In this document: positions 31,283-40,648 of the stretch, one piece after another
Layout: each line of letters starts with the position of its first letter
How positions within the stretch are numbered: position 1 is the first letter of the stretch
Assembly: GCA_965226375.1 (NCBI GenBank)
Contig: CBDDCX010000008.1
Coordinates: 1,984,001 to 2,048,000 of the forward strand
Source: Longimicrobiales bacterium
Lineage (GTDB): Bacteria; Gemmatimonadota; Gemmatimonadetes; Longimicrobiales; Gaopeijiaceae
DNA length: 64,000 nucleotides
Direction: 5' to 3'
Made by a program: the position numbers and the translations under genes
The notes under the pieces: model-generated
Databases searched by the model: none
The model's input: only the letters and a program-made list of their open reading frames with translations
What the model was told of the DNA's origin: nothing

Positions 31283-32197
31283 CTAGCGAATACTCGCGGT
31301 ACCCGTGGGCAGCGAGGCCAGGTTGCCCCCCAAGGAATACGTCGTGTGGTCCACGGCATCCGTCGGGATCGTGCCCACCAGGGGCTTGAGGGTGAACGGC
31401 GTGCTGGCGTCGTCCGGATCCGGCTCGATGGAGATGACCGCGGTGGCCCCGGCTAGATCGGTGGGGAACGTAAGGCCCGCCGGGGCGTTGACGAGATAGT
31501 CCTCTCCGGGAAACGGGGGACCGCCCATTGTCCCGCTGAACGGGTCACCGTCGTCGACTGCGTCCACGGCTGTGAAGGTACCCGACGTCACCGGCATACC
31601 ACCCGTCACCACCCATCCCTCATACTTCCAGCCGGCTGGCAACGTGGGCAGGGTCAGGCCGACAGCCGGCACACCCGACGCAAGGCTCAGAAACCAGATC
31701 CCACTATTCTCGTCGTTGTCGGCGCCGTTCGTCGGAGTCGCGAGAATGTAGTCGCCGGCAGCCGCGCCAAAGCCGTCCCCGAGCGCGGCGCCATGTCCAA
31801 CGGAGAGGCTCGCCGACAGGTTCGACACGCTGCCCGCCACGATGTGGGTGTCGGCCGGTACGGCATCCGTGTCGCCCGCCGGCTCGATGGTCAGGACGAT
31901 GTCGGTTGCGGCGGTAAGGTCCATCCCGGTCATAAAAGTACCACCGGGAATGCTCTCGCCTGTCATGGTCACGAGCCCGCCACCCGCGTCGATGTTGAAT
32001 TTGCCCGTGGAGACCGGAGATCCACCTATGATCGCCCAGCCCTCATAATGGAAGCCGTTCATCAACGGCTCGAACCCGGTGAGCGTCAGTTGTAGGTCGT
32101 CGATCAGCGGGACTACAGGATTGTCGTCATCGTCGCTGCAGGCGGCGCCAAGCCACGTGGTCAGCACCAGTGCGGTGGCCAACAAAGGTCTCTTCAT
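31283..32197 (-). CDS. Lipoprotein with an internally duplicated beta domain, function unknown
   Basis: Lipobox GAAC; YEGW..G.PV.G.F and L/ITIEP..D each occur twice. Confidence 0.75.
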   Translation of the reverse strand: MKRPLLATALVLTTWLGAACSDDDDNPVVPLIDDLQLTLTGFEPLMNGFHYEGWAIIGGSPVSTGKFNIDAGGGLVTMTGESIPGGTFMTGMDLTAATDIVLTIEPAGDTDAVPADTHIVAGSVSNLSASLSVGHGAALGDGFGAAAGDYILATPTNGADNDENSGIWFLSLASGVPAVGLTLPTLPAGWKYEGWVVTGGMPVTSGTFTAVDAVDDGDPFSGTMGGPPFPGEDYLVNAPAGLTFPTDLAGATAVISIEPDPDDASTPFTLKPLVGTIPTDAVDHTTYSLGGNLASLPTGTASIR

Positions 32198-32608
32198 GGT
32201 TACTCCTCATTCGAAGGTGGATCTCCGGCAATACGGCCACGCAGGTAGAGCCACGTGACCAAACCGGGTACCATCGCTTGCACGTGGCGTGCTCGACCCT
32301 CTCCTTGGGCCTAGGAGGAGCGTTTCTTGAAGGAGACAAGCGGCTTCTTCGCTGCCGTGGGCATTCCTGTGCACCCCTGCTCAGCGTTCCACGAAACATG
32401 GGCTGCATGTTCCATCGCATGCCGTTGAAACGGATGGACCCTGCCTGAAGTCCCCGAAAAGCCCCGCAATCCGCCCCTTGGTCGAGGGGAACGGTTCATG
32501 CATGGGAGGGCCTGAAGTCAGTCCGGACCACCGAAGCAGTCTTGTCGGGTGTACGGCCGATCCATTAGCGTGAGTCGAGGCCGGGGGAGCCGGCCAAGGA
32601 GTAGATCC

Positions 32609-33234
32609 GTGACACTACAACGCTCACTCATGGCCCTGGTGGCCATCGCCCTCTTCGCGGGGCTGATCCCGCTCGCCCTGGTCCTCGACAAGCGACTCGA
32701 GGCGGCGCTGGAGCAGAAGGCTCGCGAAGATCTGGAGCTGGCACCGCTCGTTCTGCAGGGCCGCGTTCAGGACCTGGCCGGAGGCCGGATGATGCACGCC
32801 AAGGAGTTGGGGGTGACACCCGGCCTGGCCGTCGCACTTGCGTCCGGAGACGACGAGCGAGCCCAGACCCTGCTGGGCGGCGCCCCGGGATATCCCGGTG
32901 AGCGTCCACTTCTGGTGGGCCCCGGGGGCCAATCGCTGGTCGGACCGTTGCCGCCCGCCACGCTCGTTGACCAGACGCGGGACGGCGGCATGCCCGTCCG
33001 GGTGATACTGCTCGGCGACAGCCTGCTTGCCACGATCACCCTCGCTCCCGTCATGCATGACGGCAGTTGGGTAGGCAGCGCCGGTATCTGGGCACCGGTC
33101 GACATGGATGAATCGGCGCATCTGGCAGCGCTGACTCGAACCAACGTGCTGATCTCGTTCGCGGCCGGCACCCTGGGCCCGTACTCAGGCCAGGGCGAGG
33201 CGGCCATGGGCCTCCAGGCCGCCCTGGTCGACCG
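32609..33234 (+). pseudogene. N-terminal TM + Cache-like sensor region of a receptor or kinase, truncated
   Basis: AAGGAG RBS, TM, periplasmic region with LAPVMHDGSWVGS; lacks second TM and output domain; abuts the porin fragment. Confidence 0.55.
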
Positions 33235-34059
33235 GGGATTCTCCTACTGCCCATCGGATACATGAACCAGAACCACGACAGTCCCAAGTGGGACTTCGTA
33301 GAGAGGCCTCTCGTCACGACCGAGATCATCCCATCTACCCTCAGCGAAGTGGGCGGCGGCGTGTACGGCAAGGTGCCGGTGAGCGCGGGGATCCTGTCCT
33401 ACGACGCCTACGTGAGCAACGGCCTGGGCGACGGCGTGGTGGAGAACGACGCCGGTCGCACGCACATTCCGTCGGGCAAGAATGAGGAGCAGTTCGCCGA
33501 GGACAACAACGGGTCGCCGGCCCTGTCGGCACGGGTCGGGTTCCGCCGTCCCGGCCTGGGTGAGGTAGGCGTATCGTGGTATGGCGGCACCTACAACTCC
33601 TTCCGTGTGGAAGGTGAAGAGGTGGACGAGCGTCGGCGGGTGGACCTTGTGGCGCTCGACGTCGGTGCGACCGTGGGCCCGGTGAACATCCGGAGTGAGG
33701 TCGCTTGGGCCCGCATCGACGTCCCCAGCGGGCTGGAGGAGGTGTTCGGTGGGAGTCAGTGGGGCGCACACGTCGACCTGATCGTGCCGGTGTGGGAACC
33801 GGCGATCGCGGGCTACCCAAACGCCAAGCTGTCCCTCGGCCTGCGACTAGAACGGGTGGACTTCAATACGGGCACGTTCTCCAGCACCGGGGAACGCATT
33901 GGCGACGAGGTCAGCGCACTGGTGCCGGGGGTGTCGTTCCGGCTGTCGGCCGACACGGTGTTCCGGCTCAACTTCCGTTACGATGGGATCACCGACTTCG
34001 TTGGGAATGAGCCTGCCCGCTCGGCCGGCTGGCAGCTCGGGTTCGCCACGTACTTCTAA
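33235..34059 (+). pseudogene. 5'-truncated outer-membrane beta-barrel (porin-like)
   Basis: GILLLPIGYMNQNHDSP..VERP, alternating strands, terminal LGFATYF; no signal peptide. Confidence 0.7.
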
Positions 34060-34099
34060 AAGGCCGTCGAAGAAGTACAGTGAGAGGTCGAAGTCTTCG

Positions 34100-34948
34100 T
34101 TACTCCGAGATCTCGCCCAGGTCAGACACCGCATCGACCGCCAGGCCCCCGTATACCTCGGGAACCCACTTCATACCGTCCGCGGGTGGCCGCTCGTAGT
34201 CGGGATCCCGCTGAAGCTCAGGGAGCTCCACGGGATCGTCCGGAAGATCCACGTAAGAAATTCTCTCGAGAAGGTGGTGGATGCAGTTCAGCCGCGCGTG
34301 ACGCTTTACGTCGGCTTTCACCACATACCAAGGCGCAACGTCCGTGTCCGTTGCGGCAAACATCGCGTCCTTGGCTCGAGAGTAGTCTGTCCACTTCGCC
34401 CGCGAGGCCACGTCCACCGGCCCGACCTTCCACCGCTTCCGCGGATCACGGATGCGTTCTAGGAAGCGACGCTCCTGCTCTTCCGCGCTTATGGCGAACC
34501 AATACTTGATAAGAATGATCCCGGAACGCACGAGCATGGTCTCGAACTCGGGACAGGACCTGAGGAACTCCCGATACTCGTCATCCGTGCAAAACCCCAT
34601 CACACGTTCAACGCCCGCTCGGTTGTACCAGCTCCGGTCGAACAGGACCATCTCGCCTGATGCGGGGAGATGGGGTACGTAACGTTGAAAGTACCACTGG
34701 CTCTTCTCACGCTCCGTCGGGATACCCAAGGCCACGACCTTGACTACGCGAGCGTTGAGCCGTTGGGTGATTCGCTTGATCACGCCCCCCTTCCCCGCAG
34801 CATCTCGGCCCTCGAAGACGACCGCCACCCTCACGCCCTCGGCTTTGATCCAGTCCTGAAGGCTCACTAGCTCCTCTTGGAGATTCAGGAGCTCACGGTC
34901 GTAGAACTTGCCCTTGATGCGGCCGTCCGAGCCGTACTGCTCCGTCAC
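34100..34948 (-). CDS. ppk2: Polyphosphate kinase 2
   Basis: FEGRDAAGKGG, QWYFQRY, FDRSWYNRAGVERVMGFC. Confidence 0.95.
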   Translation of the reverse strand: MTEQYGSDGRIKGKFYDRELLNLQEELVSLQDWIKAEGVRVAVVFEGRDAAGKGGVIKRITQRLNARVVKVVALGIPTEREKSQWYFQRYVPHLPASGEMVLFDRSWYNRAGVERVMGFCTDDEYREFLRSCPEFETMLVRSGIILIKYWFAISAEEQERRFLERIRDPRKRWKVGPVDVASRAKWTDYSRAKDAMFAATDTDVAPWYVVKADVKRHARLNCIHHLLERISYVDLPDDPVELPELQRDPDYERPPADGMKWVPEVYGGLAVDAVSDLGEISE

Positions 34949-36096
34949 CTGAACCCGTCTCCGTCGGAATCTCCTGACGCGTGCCAGGCCGCGAGAACTT
35001 CTGCCTCTCTCTCAGCGGTGATGCCGGCACGGAAATTTGCCTGGCGCTCAGTCGGTCTGGAAAAATGATACTCGAGCGTATCTCGTGCGGTGACCGCCAG
35101 CGGCCGGAAGGTCAGCCCGGCTGCAACCTCAGGAGAGAGATCGAAGCGCGCGAACCCCTGCCGACCCTCTGTAGGTGGCATCCACACCGGCATATCGGAA
35201 TAGGGCCTGATCCCGATGTTCGTGAGAAAATCGTAGTTCACCCACGTGAACGTAGTCTCTGCAGTGGTGACGGCCCGAATTCCGTAGAGAAGCTCGGCCA
35301 AGGGGCGAGGAGTGGCCGGTCCGACCCCGTTGAACACGCCCGTGTGACCGGTCTCGGCCATGCGGATCATCCACTCCGTAAGGTCGCGAACATCGATGAT
35401 CTGAATCGGGTCGGACGGATCGCCTGGGGCCAGGACCTCTCCACCGCGGTGGATGCGGACCGGCCAATACGTAAACCGGTCGGTTTCGTCACCGGGACCG
35501 ATAATCAGTCCGGGCCGAACCACGTTGGTCCGTCCCACGAAGATCCGCTGGGCCTCGCGTTCGGAGAGAGCCTTGGCGAGGCCGTACGGCAGTCGCTCGG
35601 AGTCACGGGGCACACCGGCGGTCTCGTACGTGAACGCCGGCGCGTTCGCAGTCATGGGAATCCGGCTCGTGTCGGCGTACGCGGATCGAGACGAAACGTA
35701 GAAGTACCGATCCACGGAGTCCTTCAGAAACTCGGCGGACATGCGCACCCAGTCGGGATTCGACCGAGAATTGTCGATGACCACGTCCCAGGTCCGACCC
35801 CTCAACGAGTCGAGCTGTCCATTCCGATCCCCGATGAGCGTCTCGATCTCGGGGAAGAGATCTGCGTTCGTGCGACCTCGGTTGAAGAGCGTCACTGAAT
35901 GGCCCCGATCCAACGCATACCGCACCTGAAAGGGGCCGATGAAGCCAGTGCCGCCGAGGATGAGGATGCGCAAGGGGGCCTGCGGCGTAGGACTCGAGTC
36001 GGCGATCGCCTCCCCCACCAGGGGCGAAACCCCCAAGCCCAACGCTCCACTCGCCACAGCAGAAAGCCTCAGAAAGTTTCTTCGATCTGTCCGCAT
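34945..36096 (-). CDS. Tat-signal NAD-dependent epimerase/dehydratase
   Basis: DRRNFL twin-arginine motif; LILGGTGFIG; YGLAK; paralogue of 19145-20188. Confidence 0.88.
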   Translation of the reverse strand: MRTDRRNFLRLSAVASGALGLGVSPLVGEAIADSSPTPQAPLRILILGGTGFIGPFQVRYALDRGHSVTLFNRGRTNADLFPEIETLIGDRNGQLDSLRGRTWDVVIDNSRSNPDWVRMSAEFLKDSVDRYFYVSSRSAYADTSRIPMTANAPAFTYETAGVPRDSERLPYGLAKALSEREAQRIFVGRTNVVRPGLIIGPGDETDRFTYWPVRIHRGGEVLAPGDPSDPIQIIDVRDLTEWMIRMAETGHTGVFNGVGPATPRPLAELLYGIRAVTTAETTFTWVNYDFLTNIGIRPYSDMPVWMPPTEGRQGFARFDLSPEVAAGLTFRPLAVTARDTLEYHFSRPTERQANFRAGITAEREAEVLAAWHASGDSDGDGFR

Positions 36097-36266
36097 ACCG
36101 CCCCCCATTGTCGGCGTCGCTCGGATCCGTGCCCGCGACCCACAACCTGCGACGACGCCGGCCCCCGCTCAAGGCCCGGCGGGTTGCGGCTCCCCCCGTC
36201 GAGCCCCACATGTACATCACCGATGCGTGGGCATGTGGACGGCCTTCAACGAGATGGAGTAGATCG

Positions 36267-37351
36267 ATGAGTAATGAGCGATCCGGAATCGATCGGCGGG
36301 ATTTTTTCGCCACAGCGTGGGCGTAGGAGCGGGCGCATTGGCTCTAGGCCGTCTACCCGAGGGCGTTGTCCGCACGAGCGGTGCGGTGGCGGGCACACCC
36401 CTGATCATCACGAGCCACTCGAACGAGACGGGTCAGGAGGCCATGCGACAGGCGTGGGCGATCCTGAACAACGGAGGCTCAGCTCTGGACGCTGTGGAAC
36501 GGGGCGCCAACGTCATCGAAGTGGACCCGGAAGACTCCAGTGTCGGATACGGGGGGCTTCCGAACGAACACGGGGTGGTCCAGCTCGACGCGTCCATCAT
36601 GGACGGAAAGACCTACAACGCGGGCTCCGTCGCGTCGCTCGAGAACATCAAGACACCCGCGTCCGTCGCCCGTCTCGTCATGGAGCGTACCGATCACGTG
36701 ATGTTGATCGGCCAGGGGGCCCTCGAGTTCGCGCGGTCGTTCGGGTTCGAAGAGGTGGACCTCATGACCGAGAAGTCCCGGGCAGCCTGGCTCCGTTGGC
36801 GTGAGGAGCACAGCGATCGGGACGACTGGGGAGCCCCCGACCACCTGCGGCGGCCCATGGGGGACCAGATGGGTAGCTGGGAGGAGAAGGTCGACTTCCA
36901 CTACGGCACGACGAACGTCCTGGCGGTGGACTCGAACGGGGACATCTCCGGCATCACCACCACGAGCGGGCTGAGCTGGAAGATCAACGGACGTATCGGT
37001 GATTCCCCGGTCATCGGGGCAGGCCTTTACGTCGGCAACGACACTGGAGCGGCGGGAGCGACCGGGCGTGGAGAAGACGTCATCAAGTGCTGCGCCTCGT
37101 ACTACATCGTCATGCGAATGAGTCAAGGGCGCTCGCCCCAGCAGGCGTGCGAAGACGCGTGTGAGCTCATCGTCCACAAGTACCGGAACGTGAACCCGAA
37201 CTACTTCCCGTCGGAGAAGTTCGTGGCCATCAACAAGGACGGGGACTTCGGCGCCGCGTCGATGGGCAATACCCGGGGCCGTCCCCAAATGACGGTGCGG
37301 CACGCGCAAGGGTTGGAGATTTACCAGGGCAGCACCCAGTACACCGGCTAA
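36267..37351 (+). pseudogene. Tat-signal glycosylasparaginase / type-2 asparaginase (Ntn hydrolase) with a frameshift in a T run
   Basis: DRRDFF Tat motif from ATG 36267 is out of frame with the body (SVGYGG, LDASIM, GTT, TSGL..GRIGDSP, ATGRGE). One extra base at T6 36302-36307 restores it. The body could also start at GTG 36317. Confidence 0.75.
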
Positions 37352-37368
37352 TCGCAGGCGCCGTTACA

Positions 37369-37465
37369 TAGGTAGTCCACTCAGTAGGTGGTGCACCTCG
37401 ATGGGTAGTCCACCCGATGGGTAGTGCACCCGGTGGGCGGCCCACTCGATGGGCGGCCCACTCGG
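37369..37465. repeat. Six 16-17 bp tandem, partly self-complementary repeats
   Basis: TAGGTAGTCCACTCAG / TAGGTGGTGCACCTCGA / TGGGTAGTCCACCCGA / TGGGTAGTGCACCCGG / TGGGCGGCCCACTCGA / TGGGCGGCCCACTCGG. Confidence 0.9.
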
Positions 37466-37481
37466 CCGATTTTGCCGAGAT

Positions 37482-37514
37482 GCCCCGGTCCGGTCCGAAT
37501 GGCCGGACCGGGGC
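37482..37514. terminator. 14-bp stem hairpin between convergent genes
   Basis: GCCCCGGTCCGGTC-CGAAT-GGCCGGACCGGGGC. Confidence 0.7.
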
Positions 37515-37521
37515 CTTCCGT

Positions 37522-40209
37522 TCAGTCCTGCCGAAGCACCGTGGCCGGATCCACGATGATGGCCCGGCGAGCCGGCAGATAAGCGGCTAGCAGGGAAAGT
37601 GCCACGAATCCCAGAGCCACCACTCCGAACACGAGGGGGTCACGGGGTGCAACACCGAAAAGGAAACTCTCCAGAACACGCCCGAAGGCGAGCGCCAGAA
37701 GTACGCCACCGCCGATCCCGAAGGCCACGATCGTACCTGCACGGCCCAGCACCAGGCGAAGCACCGTGTCACCCCGGGCCCCCATGGCCATCCGGATAGC
37801 GATCTCCCTGGTGCGCTCCCCCACAAGGGACGACATGGCGGCGAAGAGTCCGACACAGGCCAGGATCATGGCCAACGCCGCCGCCGCGGCCATCATTGCC
37901 GCCTGGAATCGCGCACCGGCCGTGATTTGAGCGGTCCACTCGGTCATGGAGCGAATCTCCCTGACGGGCTGTTCCGGATCCACTCGTCTGATGGCGGCCC
38001 GGAGAGCCTCCGCGGCGGCGCCGGATTCGAGCGAACTCCGAACGACATACGTCTTGCTCGTGAGACCCTCGATGGAGTATGGGGTGTAGAGTTCGGGCCG
38101 AACATCCCGGGCCGGGCCGTAGTGCTTCACATCGTCCACCACACCCACCACCGACATAGGCTCATCAACACCACCAAGCCAGAGACGCCGACCCACCGCG
38201 TCTCCATCGGGCCAATACATGGAAGCCATCAGATCATTTACCAATACGGTGCCCCCACCCCCGAGATCGTCGGAGCGCAGGTCCCTTCCCTGCCGAATCC
38301 GAATACCCATGGTCTCGAAATAGCCCGGGCTGATGCCGCGGACGGCCACGGCCGGCTCGCGGCCTTCCTCCGTCACACCCTCGATGGAGACCTGCGTCTG
38401 CGCGGAGGACCCGCTGAGCGGGAGCGAGTTGATCATTCCCGAGGACTCCACACCCGGAAGTGCGGCGAGCTCCGCCAATACGTCTCGCGTGAAAGCGGCG
38501 CGTTCCTCGTAGGTGGTCACTCGACCCCAAGCCAGAGCCACGGTCGCGGCGGTCACGCCCTCGGGTTCGAAGCCCAAATCGGTCGAGGCCAGCCGATGGA
38601 AGCTGCGCCCCAAGAGACCTGCCCCCGCCAGCAGTGCAAAGGAGGTCACCAGTTGGGCTGTGGCCAGGGTCGCACGGAGCCGCCACCCGGAACCGCGGCT
38701 CCCAAGCTTGCCGGCTCTGAGACGCTGGGCCGGATCGGACCCCGACGCCACCCAAGCCGACAACGTTCCGAATCCCACAGCCGACGCGAGAGCGAGGACC
38801 AAGCTGAACGCCAATACCGGGGCGTCGATGGTGACCGCATCGAGGCGAGGAAGCTCGCCCGGTTCGATGGCGCGGAGAACCGACAGTCCACCGTAAGCCA
38901 ATCCGAGGCCCACCACGGCCCCGCCGCAGGAAAGTAGAAGGCTCTCCGCCAGCACCTGTCCCAGGATACGGCCCCGACCCGCTCCCATAGCCACCCGTGT
39001 CGCCAACTCCCGACCTCGAGCAAGCATACGGGTCACACTCAGGTTGGCCACGTTGGCGCACGCAATAACCAACACCAGCAGCATCGTCCCCAGTAGAAGC
39101 AGGAGCGTCGGCCTGAACTCACCGAGAATCAGGTCCGGCCACGTGATGAGCTGGATCTGCCATGCACCGTTGGCATCCGGGTACGCGCTCCGCAGATCCC
39201 CATCCAGAACCGCCATCTCGGCCTGGGCCCTCGTCAAGTCGATGTCGCCCCCCAACCTCGCCACCACACTGTACGACCGGTTCCCCCGCTGATCGTCAGA
39301 ACTCAAATCGAAGGGCCGCCAGACCTGAATCTCGACTTCGGGGCCCATCCACTCGCCCGGCGCCGAGAACCCAGCCGGCATGACGCCGACGATCGTGTAG
39401 GGATTCCCGTCCAACCGGGCCGTCCGACCGACGATGTCAGGATCGGACCCGAAGCCGCGGGCCCAGAGCCCATGACCCAGGATGGCCACCTGCTCGCCAC
39501 CCGCCGTCTCTTCCGTCGAAAAGCTCCGGCCCAGGAGCGGCTGGACCCCGAAAACGTCGAAGAACTCAGACGTCACATAGGCGCTATAAGCGTACTCGGG
39601 TAGCGCATCCGTGCCCACGGACGCGCTGCGTCCCCGGAAAAGGGCCATGGACTCGAACGCGGTGTTCTGATCACGCCAGTCACGAAAGTTCGGGATCGAC
39701 GTAAAGCCGACTGGCATGTCGATTTCCGGATTGTCCTCCGACACGGAGACAATCCGGTCCGCCTCAGGGTATGGCAGCGGCGCCATGAGCACACCACTCA
39801 CCAGCGAGAACACGATGACGTTCGCCCCGACCCCCAGCCCCAGGGTCACCGCGACTACGATGACGAACCAGGGAGACCGCCGAAGCTGCCTCATCGCGGT
39901 ACCCAACCCGTGTAATACGTTGCTCATCATTCCCCCTCCTCTTCGTCCACTTCCCGTTGCGAATCGCTGAGCTTGTTCCCTCTCTCGAGCGTCCACACCG
40001 ACTAGACCAGAAAGGCGACGCGCCGGGTACCGCAGGGCCGCTCCCATGGCCTGGCGTGCGTACCACAGGTCCGCGCTCCACCTTCCCAACGACTCCATTC
40101 GCTCATGGTGCAGTTCCTCCAGGTCACCGAGCAGTCCGTCTCGGATCACGCCGGGAGGAAGGGCACCGGCCAATAACCAGCGAAGGATCAACGGTGGGCG
40201 TGGTCTCAC
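37522..40209 (-). CDS. ADOP-type duplicated MacB/FtsX ABC permease, intact
   Basis: N-terminal GDLEE..WYARQ prefix, two MacB-PCD+FtsX halves (IACANVANL; REIAIRMAMGA; DPATVLRQD); GTG overlaps the padR TGA; no adjacent ATPase. Confidence 0.9.
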   Translation of the reverse strand: MRPRPPLILRWLLAGALPPGVIRDGLLGDLEELHHERMESLGRWSADLWYARQAMGAALRYPARRLSGLVGVDAREREQAQRFATGSGRRGGGMMSNVLHGLGTAMRQLRRSPWFVIVVAVTLGLGVGANVIVFSLVSGVLMAPLPYPEADRIVSVSEDNPEIDMPVGFTSIPNFRDWRDQNTAFESMALFRGRSASVGTDALPEYAYSAYVTSEFFDVFGVQPLLGRSFSTEETAGGEQVAILGHGLWARGFGSDPDIVGRTARLDGNPYTIVGVMPAGFSAPGEWMGPEVEIQVWRPFDLSSDDQRGNRSYSVVARLGGDIDLTRAQAEMAVLDGDLRSAYPDANGAWQIQLITWPDLILGEFRPTLLLLLGTMLLVLVIACANVANLSVTRMLARGRELATRVAMGAGRGRILGQVLAESLLLSCGGAVVGLGLAYGGLSVLRAIEPGELPRLDAVTIDAPVLAFSLVLALASAVGFGTLSAWVASGSDPAQRLRAGKLGSRGSGWRLRATLATAQLVTSFALLAGAGLLGRSFHRLASTDLGFEPEGVTAATVALAWGRVTTYEERAAFTRDVLAELAALPGVESSGMINSLPLSGSSAQTQVSIEGVTEEGREPAVAVRGISPGYFETMGIRIRQGRDLRSDDLGGGGTVLVNDLMASMYWPDGDAVGRRLWLGGVDEPMSVVGVVDDVKHYGPARDVRPELYTPYSIEGLTSKTYVVRSSLESGAAAEALRAAIRRVDPEQPVREIRSMTEWTAQITAGARFQAAMMAAAAALAMILACVGLFAAMSSLVGERTREIAIRMAMGARGDTVLRLVLGRAGTIVAFGIGGGVLLALAFGRVLESFLFGVAPRDPLVFGVVALGFVALSLLAAYLPARRAIIVDPATVLRQD

Positions 40210-40535
40210 GATTGCTCGAGCCTCGTCTCCAAGCCTTCCCAAATCCGTAGGAGGGCCTCTCGATGCTCACCCAGGGCTCGAACGCCCTCACGAGTGACCG
40301 TCACGAATCGCTTGGGGCGCCCCCCCCGGCCGGATTCCTGTTCCCCCGCCGAAGATGAGATGAGGCCCTTCTTCTCGAGACGATCCAAGGTGATGTACAG
40401 CGAGCCGGCCTGCACTTCGCGGCCCGTCCGATCCTCGATCTCGCGAATGAGCGCAGCACCATACGCGGACTCCAACCTCATCGAGGCCGCCAATACCAAA
40501 TGCTCGAATTCGCCTAGAAAGGTCTTCCCACCCAT
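40206..40535 (-). CDS. PadR-family transcriptional regulator
   Basis: LGEFEHLVL..AYGA..GSLYITLDRLEKKG..RGGRPKR. Confidence 0.92.
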   Translation of the reverse strand: MGGKTFLGEFEHLVLAASMRLESAYGAALIREIEDRTGREVQAGSLYITLDRLEKKGLISSSAGEQESGRGGRPKRFVTVTREGVRALGEHREALLRIWEGLETRLEQS

Positions 40536-40574
40536 TGCACGCTCCGGCTCACCTGTGTATCACAGGATTAGATG

Positions 40575-40628
40575 CAACTCAACAAAGTTATGTTACAGGA
40601 ACATAACTTTGTTGAGTTGGTGGGTCAA
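40575..40628 (-). promoter_or_regulatory. Perfect 20-bp inverted repeat overlapping a sigma70 promoter
   Basis: CAACTCAACAAAGTTATGTT-ACAGG-AACATAACTTTGTTGAGTTG (40575-40619); TTGACC-N17-TATGTT on the minus strand (40628-40600). Confidence 0.75.
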
Positions 40629-40648
40629 GGCTGTGGAGCGCCCTGGGG

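Noticed and set aside
37369..37465. CRISPR array
   Set aside because: Units are 16-17 bp, contiguous, without spacers; no cas genes in the window.
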